Part shown: positions 1 through 12,129 of the stretch, piece after piece
How positions within the stretch are numbered: the stretch's first letter is position 1
How the letters are laid out: each line of letters starts with the position of its first letter
Assembly (NCBI RefSeq): GCF_006345805.1
Contig: NW_021832116.1
Coordinates: 1-36,662 of the forward strand
DNA from: Octopus sinensis
Taxonomy: Eukaryota
DNA length: 36,662 nucleotides
Direction of reading: 5' to 3'
The notes under the pieces: model-generated
What the model was told of the DNA's origin: nothing
The model's input: only the letters and a program-made list of their open reading frames with translations
Database searches by the model: none
Position numbers and translations under genes: made by a program

Positions 1-110
1 GCCTTTTCATGCCTAGTTATTATTTCATCGGATACCTTTTGCCGAACTACTCAATTACGGTGACGTAAACAAACACCTGTTGTCAAGCGGCGAGGGGCAG
101 GAGACAAATT
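1..110 (-). mobile_element. Octopod SINE family A (tRNA/CORE-like), decayed 3'-half fragment
   Basis: Reverse complement matches the gcttgacaac...tttacgtcaccgt...ttcggcaaa...gat(g)aaataa block seen in the full copies at 1483 and 10306. Confidence 0.6.
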
Positions 111-149
111 CAATCACAAGGACACCTCCTCTCCATACACACCCTTACA

Positions 150-180
<31 letters not shown>

Positions 181-210
181 CATCTTCACATACACATATA
201 TTTACATATG

Positions 211-437
211 TATTTTATTTTTACCCACAAGGAGCTAAACATAGAGGGGACAAACAAGGACAGCCAAACGGATAAGTCGATTATATCGACCCCAGTGCGT
301 AACTGGTACTTAATTTATCGACCCCGAAAGGATGAAAGGCAAAGTCGACCTCGGCGGAATTTGAACTCAGAACGTAACGGCAGACGAAATACGGCTACGC
401 ATTTCACCCGGCGTGCTAACGATTCTGCCACCTCGCC
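211..437 (-). mobile_element. Octopod SINE family B (tRNA-derived, Meta-domain-like), near full length
   Basis: Revcomp reads ggcagaatcgttagcacgccggg...gttctgagttcaaattccgccgaggtcgactttgcctttcatcctttcggggtcgataaattaagtaccag, the consensus repeated more than 12 times in the window. A/B-box-like head. Confidence 0.85.
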
Positions 438-440
438 ATT

Positions 441-567
441 CGACGGGCTTCCATGCAGCTTCCGTCTACCAGATTCATTCGGAAGATGTTAGTTGGCCCA
501 GGACTATAGTAAAAACGCACTCGCCCTAGGTACAGTACACCGGGGCTAAACTAGAACCCACGTGCTT
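441..567 (-). mobile_element. SINE family A 5' fragment
   Basis: cgacgggcttc...ttccgtctacca...ctatagta matches the family A head on the minus strand. Confidence 0.65.
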
Positions 568-794
568 AAATATTGCTTCTGATTTAAGCTTGTACGTCAA
601 TAATATTAAGCGAGATTAAGAGAGATTTGATCTAGAAAAGCTGGAATGAAATATTGGCATCAATCAGATTTGACCGCATAATATAACGAGTGGGAAGAAT
701 TATTACAAGACCTTTTTCTCAGGCGCTCTATCGATTCTCCCAATTCGTTTAAGATGCCAATAAAATGAACATGAATATGGACATATATGTACCT

Positions 795-1135
795 TTTATC
801 TTTTGTTTCAGGCATTACTCTATGGCCATGCTGGAGCACTGCTTTGAAGAACTTTTTTGTCGAATGGATCGACCCCAGTAGTTTATTGTAAGCCGGGTAC
901 TTATTTTATCGGTCTCTCTAAGATACAACAACGTAAACACACCAGCACCGGTTATGATGTAGTGGAGGAAGACCTGGAAACAGACACAAGGAAAAAAAAT
1001 CACTCACTAACACGCATATATATGCGCGACAGGGTTCTTTCGATTTCCGTCTACCAAATTCCCTCAGAACTCTCGTGGAACTGAGCCTGGAATCATGTCG
1101 TTGAGAAGCGAATTTTTTACCACGCATCCACGCCT
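795..1135 (-). mobile_element. SINE family A, diverged with internal deletion
   Basis: Contains tggccatgctggagcactgc (3' end), gtcgaatggatcgacccc and ttccgtctaccaaatt (head). Confidence 0.75.
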
Positions 1136-1163
1136 ATATGTATGTATATATATATAGAGAGAG

Positions 1164-1164
<1 letters not shown>

Positions 1165-1247
<83 letters not shown>

Positions 1248-1270
1248 TGATTGATTGATTGATAGATAGA
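1165..1270. repeat. (TAGA)n microsatellite
   Basis: Direct reading. Confidence 0.95.
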
Positions 1271-1272
1271 TA

Positions 1273-1364
1273 AGAGGAAGAAGCACTAGGTGGCTTCTTA
1301 ATATGCTAGAAATAGACGTCAAATCCTCTAGCATATTAGGAAGCCATTTGGTGGTTCTTCCTCT
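1273..1364. repeat. 92-nt palindrome (38-bp arms), MITE-like hairpin
   Basis: Arm 1273-1310 pairs with 1327-1364. Five differences, four of them G-U compatible on +. 16-nt loop. Confidence 0.8.
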
Positions 1365-1482
1365 AATTTATATATTTAGATATAATTTATAGTCCTCTAC
1401 AGTTTTTAAGTATGCTGGCCACTGGTTTACATTAATATTATCTACTAATATTAATTTGTATCTTCATTATTCAAATTTTATA

Positions 1483-1776
1483 CCACATGGTTCCGGGTTC
1501 AGTCCCACTGCGTGGCACCTTGGGCAAGTGTATTCTACTATAGCCCCGGGCCGACCAAAGCCTTGTGAGTGGATTTGGTAGACGGAAACTGAAAGAAGCC
1601 CGTCGCAGATATGTATGTATATGTATGTGTATATGTTTGTGTGTCTGTGTCCCCCCCCCCAACATCGCTTGACAACCGATGCTGGTGTGTTTATGTCCCC
1701 GTAACTTAGCGGTTCGGCAAAGAAACCGATAGAATAAGTACTAGGCTTACAAAGAATAAGTCCTGGGGTCGATTTG
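1483..1776 (+). mobile_element. SINE family A (tRNA-derived, CORE-like ccttgggcaagt block), truncated at both ends
   Basis: ccacatggttccgggttcagtcccactgcgtggcaccttgggcaagtg...gccttgtgagtggatttggtagacggaaactgaaagaagcccgtcg...gcggttcggcaaa. Confidence 0.9.
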
Positions 1777-2834
1777 ATTTGTGCGTGTGTATATCTATGT
1801 GTGCATGTGCGTGCGTGTGTCCATATACATGTGTGTGTATGTATATATGCCTCTGTGTGTGTGTGTACGTATTTGTATATACATGTGTGTGTATATTTCT
1901 ATGCGTGTATGTGTGCGCGGGTGTGTGCATATGCCTCTGTGTGTGTGTGTGTGTGTGCATACGTCTGTGTGTGTGTGTACAAGTAAAAGGGTAAAAGGGT
2001 ATAGATATATATAGATACATATGCACACACATAAGCACAAACACACAAGCATACGGACACATAGACATATGCATGTATGCATACATATGTGCCAGTGTGT
2101 GTGTGTGCGCGTATGTGACTACGTAGCTCCCTAGTACACTTATATGCAGAATCAAATTTATACGTTTTTAATCATAGTTGCACACGCATGCGCAGACTTA
2201 ATGTAGCAAGAGATATGTAAACATACGTACATACAGAAACACATGCACATATATAGATTAACAGAGAGGCTATACATACATACACACACAAACATTTGTT
2301 TACACAGACACATACTTATATACGGAGACAGACACGCGCGCGCATATATACACACATGATATATACACACACACGTGTATACATACAGGCATACATATGC
2401 ACTCATACACACATATAGAAACACTAACGTGCATATACACACACGTGCGCGAATGCAAAATCACACGCATATAAGAATCTAAACACCCACACGCATATAC
2501 ACATGCATATACAACATACACACACACAGACGTATGCCCCCCCCCACACACACACACACGCATAAGCAAACACTCGCGCACACATACACACATAGAAATA
2601 TACACACACATATATATATACAAATACGCGCACACACACACAGAGGCATATATACATACACACACAGGTATATGGACACACGCACGCACATGCACACATA
2701 GATATACACACGCACACGTGTATACATATACTAATAGTTCGCTTTACCTTTCATCAAGCCATTCTTGTATGTATGTCTCTCTCTCTTATATGTGTGTGTG
2801 TATGAAAGTGTGTATGTGTGAGTGTGAATGAATG

Positions 2835-2882
<48 letters not shown>

Positions 2883-3136
2883 GTCATGATTGACAACCAG
2901 AATAAATAATTCAATAATAATGAATTATAGAATCAATGTCAAATTCTTGTGACATGAAATATTGTGCTTTATATCTCTCTATCTCTCCTTTCCTTTCTCT
3001 GCCTCTCTTTCTCTCTTTCAGTCAAAAATATCTTTCGTTTCTTTCTTTCTTTCTTTCTGTTTATCTATCTACCGACTTCACTAACTCGATCTCATTTTCT
3101 GTCCATCTGCTTATCTATCTGTCTTCCTATGTATGC

Positions 3137-3215
<79 letters not shown>

Positions 3216-3389
3216 GACTGACTGTCCATATACCCATAGCTCTTCTCTATAGTTCTCACACTTTCTCTTTTTTTTTGTCTCTCTCGCTCTCTTTTTATCT
3301 ACCTGTCAATCTTACAAACCCTGTCTATTTATCTGTCTCTGTCTACCTATCTCTTTATCTATTTGTGTGTCAGTCTATCTATCTATCTG

Positions 3390-3448
<59 letters not shown>

Positions 3449-3462
3449 CTCTCTCTCTCTAA

Positions 3463-3512
<50 letters not shown>

Positions 3513-3700
3513 CCTCTTTCTTTACTCCCTACTATCTTTCTGTACTTCTTCTCATCCAAACTACCGTCTATCTTTCTCTCTCTCCCTCCCTTTCTGTCTG
3601 TCTCTCTTTCTCTCATACACACACACACACACACGCACACACACGCACACATATTTATATACACATATACGTATCTATTACACACAACGTATCCATTACA
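1777..3700. repeat. Compound low-complexity tract of (GT/AC)n, (AT)n, (TCTA)n, (CT)n
   Basis: Direct reading. Source of the CVCV, HTHT and YLSI pseudo-ORFs. Confidence 0.9.
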
Positions 3701-3856
3701 TAACTATTCACTGATTTAACCCTCTGTTTTCGTATAATCCTAAGTTTCTTCTTGTTTACCTTGGTATTTGAATTGCATTCCATTTCACTGAGCCCTTTAC
3801 TAAAAATACATGCACCCCCAAAAACATTATTATATCTAAGATATGCTGTGTGTGTG

Positions 3857-3909
<53 letters not shown>

Positions 3910-4253
3910 CGTGTGTGTGTGTGAGTACGCATGTGTATTTGTTTTCTTTCGTATCTATCTTTTCGCTATGCTATACATCTTGCCTTTCTCTCCATCTCTG
4001 AATATGGCCTCACAGCAAGCAGGCAAGGCCTATCTTCATCTCTTTCCCTTTCATTCATGACTCCTAAGTCTACATTGACTAGTTGTTTATCTACGAGACT
4101 GCCTCTATGTACAGCTGACCAATATGTCTGACAATCTGTTTGTAACTTTAATACAATAGAAATATATCCATTGGTTCCACCAAATGGGTTTAAAGACTAG
4201 ATTACTCTCATTGTACTGTCTCAATCTTACACGTCTGTCCTACTTACAGACAA

Positions 4254-4255
<2 letters not shown>

Positions 4256-4312
<57 letters not shown>

Positions 4313-4973
4313 TGTTTCTTTATTAGCCACACAGGGCTGCACACAGATAGAACAAATTACAAGGTAGAGCTTTTCTTTTGAAGGTTTAAAAAAAATAATA
4401 AATAAATAAAAAATAAAAAAGGGGGGTCGATCAAAAGGGATCGTAAAAGGAGAGAAAGAGGACAAAAAAAAGGGGGGGGGTTAAAAAAAAGGGGGAGAGG
4501 AGAAAAATTGATCAATAGGGATCGTTATCACAGAAATGTCAATATGAAGTGTAAAGGGGAGGACAGGTGAGGTTTACCCGTGGAAAGAAAAGCCTACGGA
4601 AAGACCACGGTAACCTCGGTCAATGAAGTCACATGTTATATGTTTCTTTTTTTTTTTTTTTTTTTGCAAATAAGCAACTCTCTGTATTAATTTTTACGGT
4701 TATAGAATCATAGTCAAGGTGGCTTCGTCATTCATACGTGCCATCCTTGCTACATTCACCCATCTTTTTTTAAAACATTCACTAGACAAAACTTGCCTCT
4801 CTACTCTCACTTTTTTCTCAAGTGATACTTGAAGAATTGATGAGAGATTGACCAGAGAGGAAAGTGTTTGTCTCTAATCCTTTCAGACGCGTCCACCAGA
4901 TACATTCTTTCGCCATAGCCACAAGTATGATAAAAATAGCTCTTCCTTCCCGTTTGAAGGAAGGAGGCGTGAC

Positions 4974-4975
<2 letters not shown>
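4256..4975 (-). mobile_element. Tx1/L1-clade LINE 3' end: ORF2 C-terminus, 3' UTR and aataaagaaacata(tcta)n tail
   Basis: Minus frame ..IFIILVAMAKECIWWTRLKGLETNTFLSGQSLIN..KRWVNVARMARMNDEATLTMIL* resembles the L1/Tx1 ORF2 C-terminal W-rich segment. AATAAA is followed by a tetranucleotide tail. Confidence 0.7.
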
Positions 4976-5021
<46 letters not shown>

Positions 5022-5170
5022 TGTTTCTTTATTGGCCACACAGGGTTGAAGACAGAGGGGACAAAATACAAAGCAGAGCTTCTTTGGGGAAAGGAAAGAA
5101 AAAAAAAGAGAGAGGGTAGAGTTTCGATCAAAAGGGATCGTGCTAACCCCCCCCCCCCAAAAAAAAAAGC
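4976..5170 (-). mobile_element. Second, 5'-truncated 3' end of the same LINE family abutting or inserted in the first
   Basis: gatatgtttct(t)tatt(g/a)gccacacaggg...agagct..tcgatcaaaagggatcgt is shared with 4308-4444. Confidence 0.7.
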
Positions 5171-5217
5171 GATAGATAGATAGACAGATAGACAGATAGA
5201 TAGATAGATAGATAGAT

Positions 5218-5256
<39 letters not shown>

Positions 5257-5353
5257 GATAGAAGATGATAGATGGATAGATGATAGATAGATATAGATAG
5301 ATATATAGATAGATAGATGATGGATGGATGGATGGATGGATGATGGATGGATG

Positions 5354-5389
<36 letters not shown>

Positions 5390-5390
5390 T

Positions 5391-5440
<50 letters not shown>

Positions 5441-5470
5441 GGATGGATAAATAGATAGATTGATTGATTG
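5171..5470. repeat. (TAGA)n/(TGGA)n compound microsatellite
   Basis: Direct reading. Confidence 0.95.
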
Positions 5471-5869
5471 AGAACTACAAATAAATAGTCAGATACGCTA
5501 GTAAGAAGGTAGATATCTTTATTTGTGAATAAGTTGGTAGATAAAAAAAATGGCCTAAACATACCTTAGAGAGAGTTTTTGTCTGTTAACTGTTTGGAAA
5601 ATCTTAATTGATCGACATTTTGAAGCATACATTATACGGGTAATTCTACCATAGGTGAACTTACGGGCAGAACACAAAAATACAACTGATATATATGTGT
5701 GTGTGATTTGTGTGTGATTTGTTTTTAATCATTTAAATTATTTCTCTGAAGAAGGAGCTTGTTTCTAACCAAGATACAAAGCTGCATCTTTGAAATGTAG
5801 ATAACGGGAACAATGTCTCATTTTAAACCTTTTGAAAAGTCTTGTATTGTTTTACTGTTCCACTTACAG

Positions 5870-5931
5870 AATGTATTTGTAATGAGCGAATCAGTTGGTT
5901 GATTAATTTTTCTGAAAATCCAAGCTTATGC
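5870..5931 (+). other. Candidate exon A1 (phase-1 frame ECICNERISWLINFSENPSLC), donor uncertain
   Basis: Acceptor ttttactgttccacttacag|. Homologous to 35394 (tgtctgttcctcttacag|), and both are open in the same phase. A minus-strand reading is also possible. Confidence 0.3.
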
Positions 5932-5933
5932 GT

Positions 5934-6440
5934 GTATGTATGTATGTATGTATGTATGTATGTATGTATGTATGTATGTATGTATGTATACTTGTATGTA
6001 TGTATGTATGTATGTATGTATGTATGTAGTGTATGTATGTTTGTATGTATGTATGTATGTATGTATGAGTTTGTATGTATGTATGTTTGTTGATGTATGT
6101 ATGTATGTATGGGTTATGTATGTATGTATGTAGTATGTATGTATGTTTGCATGTATGTATGTATGTATGTATGTATGTATGTATGTATGTATGATGTAGT
6201 ATGTATGTAGTATGTAGTATGTATGTATGTATGTATGTATGTGTTTGTATGTATGTATGTTTCATGTATGTATGTATCGTATGTATGTATGTATGTATGT
6301 TGCAATGTATGTATGTATGTATGTATGTATGTATGTATGTATGTATGTATGTTGTATGTATGTATGTTGTATGTTTGATTGTATGTATGTATGTTTTTGT
6401 ATGTATGTATGTATGTATGTATGTTTGTCTGTATGTATGA
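5934..6440. repeat. (TATG)n degenerate microsatellite
   Basis: Direct reading. Confidence 0.95.
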
Positions 6441-6489
6441 TGTGCAGCGTTTGTTTGTTTGTGAGTGTGTGGGTGGGTGTCGTGTGTGT

Positions 6490-6668
6490 TGTCACTAGTG
6501 GCCTTGGTAACTGAACAGAATATGCTAGGCTAATTCCGCCGAGGCCGACTTTGCCTTTTATCCTTTCAGGGTCGGTAAATTGAGTACCAGTTCCGTACTG
6601 GGGTTGATCTAATCGACTGGCCCGTTCCCCTAAAATTTCGGGCCTTGTGCCTAGAGTAGAAAAGAATA
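6490..6668 (+). mobile_element. SINE family B fragment
   Basis: attccgccgaggccgactttgccttttatcctttcagggtcggtaaattgagtaccag...gggccttgtgcctagagtagaaaaga. Confidence 0.8.
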
Positions 6669-7191
6669 TGCTGGGCAAATAAGTTATAATACGAAAGCAT
6701 TAGTTTCACCAAATAACCTCAATCACCGAAGTACACACATTTCATATCGTTTCGAAACTATAAAAAGCTGATATTACAAGGATTATAAAGAATTTGATCT
6801 CAGTATTAAATCCTTTAAAACGGTGCTCCAGCATGGCTGCAATCCAATGAGTGAAACAAGTGAAAGAAAACATAACTGACTGAATGAAAAAAAGAATAAA
6901 ATAAACAAGTGCATATCATCGTTCATACACTACAAATGATCACACTTCCACTGGATATCCGGTTTCCTGTGCTATTCTATCTGATTATCTATCATAAGAT
7001 ATCCAAACGTATCTCTTATCTTTGACACCCAGGAGACATTCGTCAATAGCGTGAGCTGCTCTCTCTTTCTCTTCTTCTGTACATATTTGTATTTATGTGT
7101 GTGTGTGGGTAAGCTTATATATATATATATGTGTGTGTGTGTGTTGTGAGGTATGCGTATGCTTATATGTGATATATATGTATGCCTGATA

Positions 7192-7251
<60 letters not shown>

Positions 7252-7257
7252 TTATAT

Positions 7258-7463
7258 ACTTTTCTACTCTCGGCCTGAAATTTTGGGGGAGGGGTCCAGT
7301 CGATTAGATCGACCTCACTACACAACTGCTACTTAATTTATCGACCCCGAGATGATGAAAGGCATATTCGACTTCGGCGGAATTTGAACTCAGAACGTAA
7401 AGACAAACGAGATACCACTAAGCATTTCGCCCGATGTGCTAACGTTTCTACCAGCTCGACGCC
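7258..7463 (-). mobile_element. SINE family B
   Basis: Revcomp of the family B consensus (ttaatttatcgaccccga...cggcggaatttgaactcagaacgt). Confidence 0.8.
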
Positions 7464-7599
7464 TTAAAAGAATAGAATAACGATTTCAAATTTGTGCCCC
7501 ACTGGTAGCTTGGAGGAGGGGATTGAGTCGATTACATCGACCTCATTACGTGACTGTTACTTGTATCCTTGAAAGGATATACATCATAGATATATATGC

Positions 7600-7790
7600 A
7601 TTATATAGTTGAAATTTACAGAAAAACAAAATACGAAGACAGGTGTATAAACAACAAGCAGGTATATTAGTTTGACGCTTAGGAATGTGAGAAAGTCTTT
7701 AACGTTTCGAGCGTACGCTCTTCATCAAAAAGGAACATGATGAAATAAACAAAGAGAGAATAAAAAGAGTGGGAATAAAAAGAGAGAATA
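7600..7790. mobile_element. Penelope-like terminal-repeat fragment
   Basis: acgtttcgagcgtacgctcttc motif and (A)-rich flank, related to 34620-34670 (acgtttcgagcggagctcttc). gaagag...tcgaaacgt is typical of Penelope termini. Confidence 0.5.
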
Positions 7791-8154
7791 AAAAGATTTG
7801 TGGAGTTAGCCGTAATTCATATATCTGTTTAAATGCATATGGATATATTTGTATACATATGTTTACATATTTATGTGTATATATGTATATATATGTGTGT
7901 GTTTATGCTTGTGCTTGCTTATGTGTGTGTGTGAACGTGAATATGTATATTATTTCATATCTATACACACAATTGTGTTTAAGCGTATTTGTATGTATGT
8001 ATATATATATATATATATATATACATATGCATAAACAGACATAGACACACACGCACACACACATTCACACACACACACACCTACCTTTTCATTCTTATAT
8101 TCTATTAATTCTGTTATTCCGTTAATCTTTTGCTTGTCCTGTCTTTCGTAGTAG

Positions 8155-8235
8155 ATTTATTTACAACAATATCGCCACCATCTTGTCCTGATATAACGCT
8201 TAATAAATCAATAGAAACTACTTGTTTATTCATAC
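8155..8235 (+). CDS. Candidate 81-nt phase 1-1 exon, (D)LFTTISPPSCPDITLNKSIETTCLFI; read-through would stop at 8279
   Basis: Long pyrimidine tract plus tagtag (NAGNAG) acceptor at 8149-8154. Weak donor C|gtcaac. Peptide and ends align with the 36188 exon (TT.ISP, S.ET, ATA C|gt). Confidence 0.45.
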
Positions 8236-8533
8236 GTCAACAGACAGAGATCATCTCCAAGAATCGCTACCGGAACTAAGGAATTTTCTTTACCATTTTG
8301 TTGACCTAATCATATCATTGAATTCCTCAAACGAACTCGTTGTTGACTTTTTTGTTCATTTTTTTTGTTCGTTTGTATTTTATTTTTTGCGTTTCTTTTA
8401 GTTTTGTTTTATTTTTTTGTGCATGTGTTTTGTTTGCCGCTGCTGTTCATTTAATTTTTTTATTTCATTTTATTTTGTATTTTTGTGTACTTTTTCCCCC
8501 GTTGGTGATGAATTATGTCGAAGAGCGTGAATG

Positions 8534-8570
<37 letters not shown>

Positions 8571-8929
8571 CGGCAGTGTTTTCCTCTGTACGGAAATGTG
8601 TATGCGTGTCTGTATATATACATGTGTATTTATACACACATGCATATGTGTGTATAAACACACCCACTCATGATGATATATGCATTCATATTCATACACA
8701 ATCATAAATAAATGCATATGTATGTGTGTGCATATGTATGTGTGTGCATATGTATGTGTGTGCGTGTTTATACTGATACTTAATGTGTATGTATATATAT
8801 GTATGTGTAGATATAGATAGATAGATAGATAGATATAGATCTCTCTCCGTCTCTCTCTCTCTCCCTCTCTCACACAGACACACAACCCACTTCCCTGTAG
8901 ACTTATTCTTTGATTTATGAAATGGCAAA

Positions 8930-9735
<806 letters not shown>

Positions 9736-9794
9736 ATTATTATAACAACTACAACAACAAAAACACTAAACTGTACTACACTATGATGTAATAG

Positions 9795-9890
9795 ATCTGT
9801 TCGATAAGGAACGACCTGAATCCAAAGATGATGTTCAAGAATTCATCGGAATAAAAATGGGATCGTCTGAAGAAACGCTTTTGATCATGA
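9795..9890 (+). CDS. Candidate 96-nt phase 1-1 exon, (D)LFDKERPESKDDVQEFIGIKMGSSEETLLIM; tachykinin-precursor-like, diverged
   Basis: Open frame, tag| at 9793-9794 (weak pyrimidine tract), donor A|gtatgc at 9891. EFIG..MG.SEE..LI resembles octopus OctTK precursor EFIGLMGRSEELTRRLI (recalled). Confidence 0.5.
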
Positions 9891-10217
9891 GTATGCTATA
9901 CCAGGACTTAGCTTGTGTTACACTGTCATTAATAACAGCAGTAACAAGATATTGGCGGAATAAATCCTTGATACAATTATGTCCGAATTTAAGATTGGAT
10001 GGACACGGCTAAAATACCTTTGATGCTAGGTTTGCACGACAGGAGCTCTAACCTGTTGAATAATGACGTCTCAGATACACTATATCTGAATAAAATATTG
10101 TGTGGTCATAGTCGGAAGTACGTTGATCATAGGTCGCCAATATTAGAGCTTTGACCTAGGGTTAAATAAAATGGTATTAATGATGTCCTAAATTCACTAT
10201 GTCTCGTGTGTTCACAG

Positions 10218-10264
10218 CTGGAAACTCTTCTATCATTGGTTTCCATCTCAAGAGCTCTGACTGA
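10218..10264 (+). CDS. Possible next or terminal coding exon, (T)GNSSIIGFHLKSSD*
   Basis: Acceptor tgtctcgtgtgttcacag|. Phase compatible with the 9890 donor. No independent support. Confidence 0.25.
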
Positions 10265-10305
10265 TGGCGAAGCAAAATATTAATAACGATGTCCATGATT
10301 CACTA

Positions 10306-10514
10306 TACTCTTTTACTCTTTTACTTGTTTCAGTCATTTGACTGTGGCCATGCTGGAGCACCGCCTTTAGTCGAGCAAATCGACCCCAGGACTTATTCTT
10401 TGTTAGCCTAGTACTTATTCTATCGGTCTCTTTTGCCGAACCGCTAAGTGACGGGGACGTAAATACACCATTGTTAAGCGATGTGGGGTGGGGGCAAACA
10501 CATACACACACACA

Positions 10515-10584
<70 letters not shown>

Positions 10585-10719
10585 GACGGGCTTCTTTCAG
10601 TTTCCGTCTGCCAAATCCACTCACAAGGCTTTGGTCGGCCCGAGGCTATAGTAGAAGACCTTGCCCGGATGCATGTGGTTTGTAAGCAAGATACTTACCA
10701 CACAGCCACGCCTACGCCT
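10306..10719 (-). mobile_element. SINE family A, full length and young
   Basis: Complete from the aggcgtaggcgtggctgtgtggtaag head to the ggcggtgctccagcatggccacagtcaaatgactgaaacaagtaaaagagtaaaagag tail. Internal (AT)(GT) microsatellite. Confidence 0.9.
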
Positions 10720-10917
10720 ATGACTAAATAAAAGAGAAAGCGCAAAATTTCTCACGGATCTCAATGGTTGCCGACTGAAGATCTAACCACAATCTTCTGA
10801 ATCCCAAATGGACGTGTATTCACCACGATATTAACAACAGTCCGTATTCTTCTCCATGGGTTTATAAACATTTTTACTTTTATAAACTTTTTACTTTAAA
10901 ATAGGTCAATAGGTCTT

Positions 10918-11198
10918 TCATGCGCCCTAGGGATCAAAAGACCGGACCTTAATCCGGTTTTTCATGGCATATAAACGACTGAGATCACAACCAGCCCTAT
11001 CCCTGGACGGGACGCCAGCCCACCGTAGAGTTAACTTCCCAACTGTTGCCTGGAAATTATTTACAGCTGACTGAACTGGAGCAACGTGAAATGAAGTGCT
11101 TTGCTCAGGAGCACAACGCATCGCTTGTTCCGGGGATCGAAACCACGCCCTTACGATCGCGAGTGCAACACCTTAACTACTAGGTCACACGCTTTCAC
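10918..11198 (-). mobile_element. SINE family C (tRNA head; V/Deu-domain-like gggctggcgtcccgtccaggg block)
   Basis: Revcomp: gtgtgacctagtagttaag..ggtttcgatcc (A/B boxes), ctgagcaaagcacttcatttcac, ggctggcgtcccgtccaggg. Confidence 0.7.
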
Positions 11199-11599
11199 TT
11201 AAAATTTTAAAAAAGCAACAAAATCGAAATAAAACAAAGGAAAAAACTGAAAAGAAAAAAAAAATCAAGTAACAAGCTATACAGAGTTATCTGCCCGGAT
11301 GAGTGAACGAGAAATAAATTATACAGCGGCCATGCTATATGCTCTCTTAACCAACGCATGACATAGTCGAACGTAACGCTTCATACCTCTCACTTCACAT
11401 GGTTTTCTAAGAATTTTTTCTTTCTTTTTTCTTTTGGCTCTATAATTTTTCTTCTTCCACTTCTGTCTTCCGATAATATTATTCTTCTGCTTCTTTTTCT
11501 TCTTCCTCATCGTCTTCTCCTTTCTTATTCTTCATTTTACTTCTATATTCTCTATTCTCTCTTTTTTCCTGCTTCTCCTATATTCGCTTCTTCGTGGTT

Positions 11600-11720
11600 T
11601 CTTCTTCTTCTTCTTCTTCTTCTTCTTCTTCTTCTTCTTCTTCTTCTTCTTCTTCTTCTTCTTCTTCTTCTTCTTCTTCTTCTTCTTCTTCTTCTTCTTC
11701 TTCTTCTTCTTCTTCTTCTC
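11600..11720. repeat. (TTC)n microsatellite
   Basis: Direct reading. Explains the poly-Arg ORF. Confidence 0.95.
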
Positions 11721-12045
11721 CTCTTCCTTTTTGATTCTTCTTGATTTTGCCTTTTTTTGTTATTCATTCTTCTTTGTCTCATTTTTCTTTCGTTCTTTCT
11801 TACCTTCGTGGAACATGGTTGAAGAATCACAATGTTTCTACTCTCCCCTCTCTCTCACTTTCTCTTTTTTTCTCTCCTTCTCACAATCAGCTGCTCTGTA
11901 CAGTAACAAAAAATTAGTTGAGCCACTCATTATTTTTTTTTGTTCTCTAAGACAACCACTTCCACTCTTTTACACTTGAAGAATTTTACCCCCGAGGTCT
12001 TGGTTGTGTATGGCATATTTCAATAGTGAATGTCGTCGTGGGATG

Positions 12046-12076
<31 letters not shown>

Positions 12077-12129
12077 CGACGACAACGACGACGACGACGA
12101 TGATGATGACGATGATGATGACACGACGA

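Noticed and set aside
11804-11895. Minus-strand segment with good acceptor (ctaattttttgttactgtacag|) and donor (AAG|gtaaga)
   Set aside because: All three frames are closed and the interior is a GA-rich low-complexity tract. At best a UTR exon, with no homologue seen.
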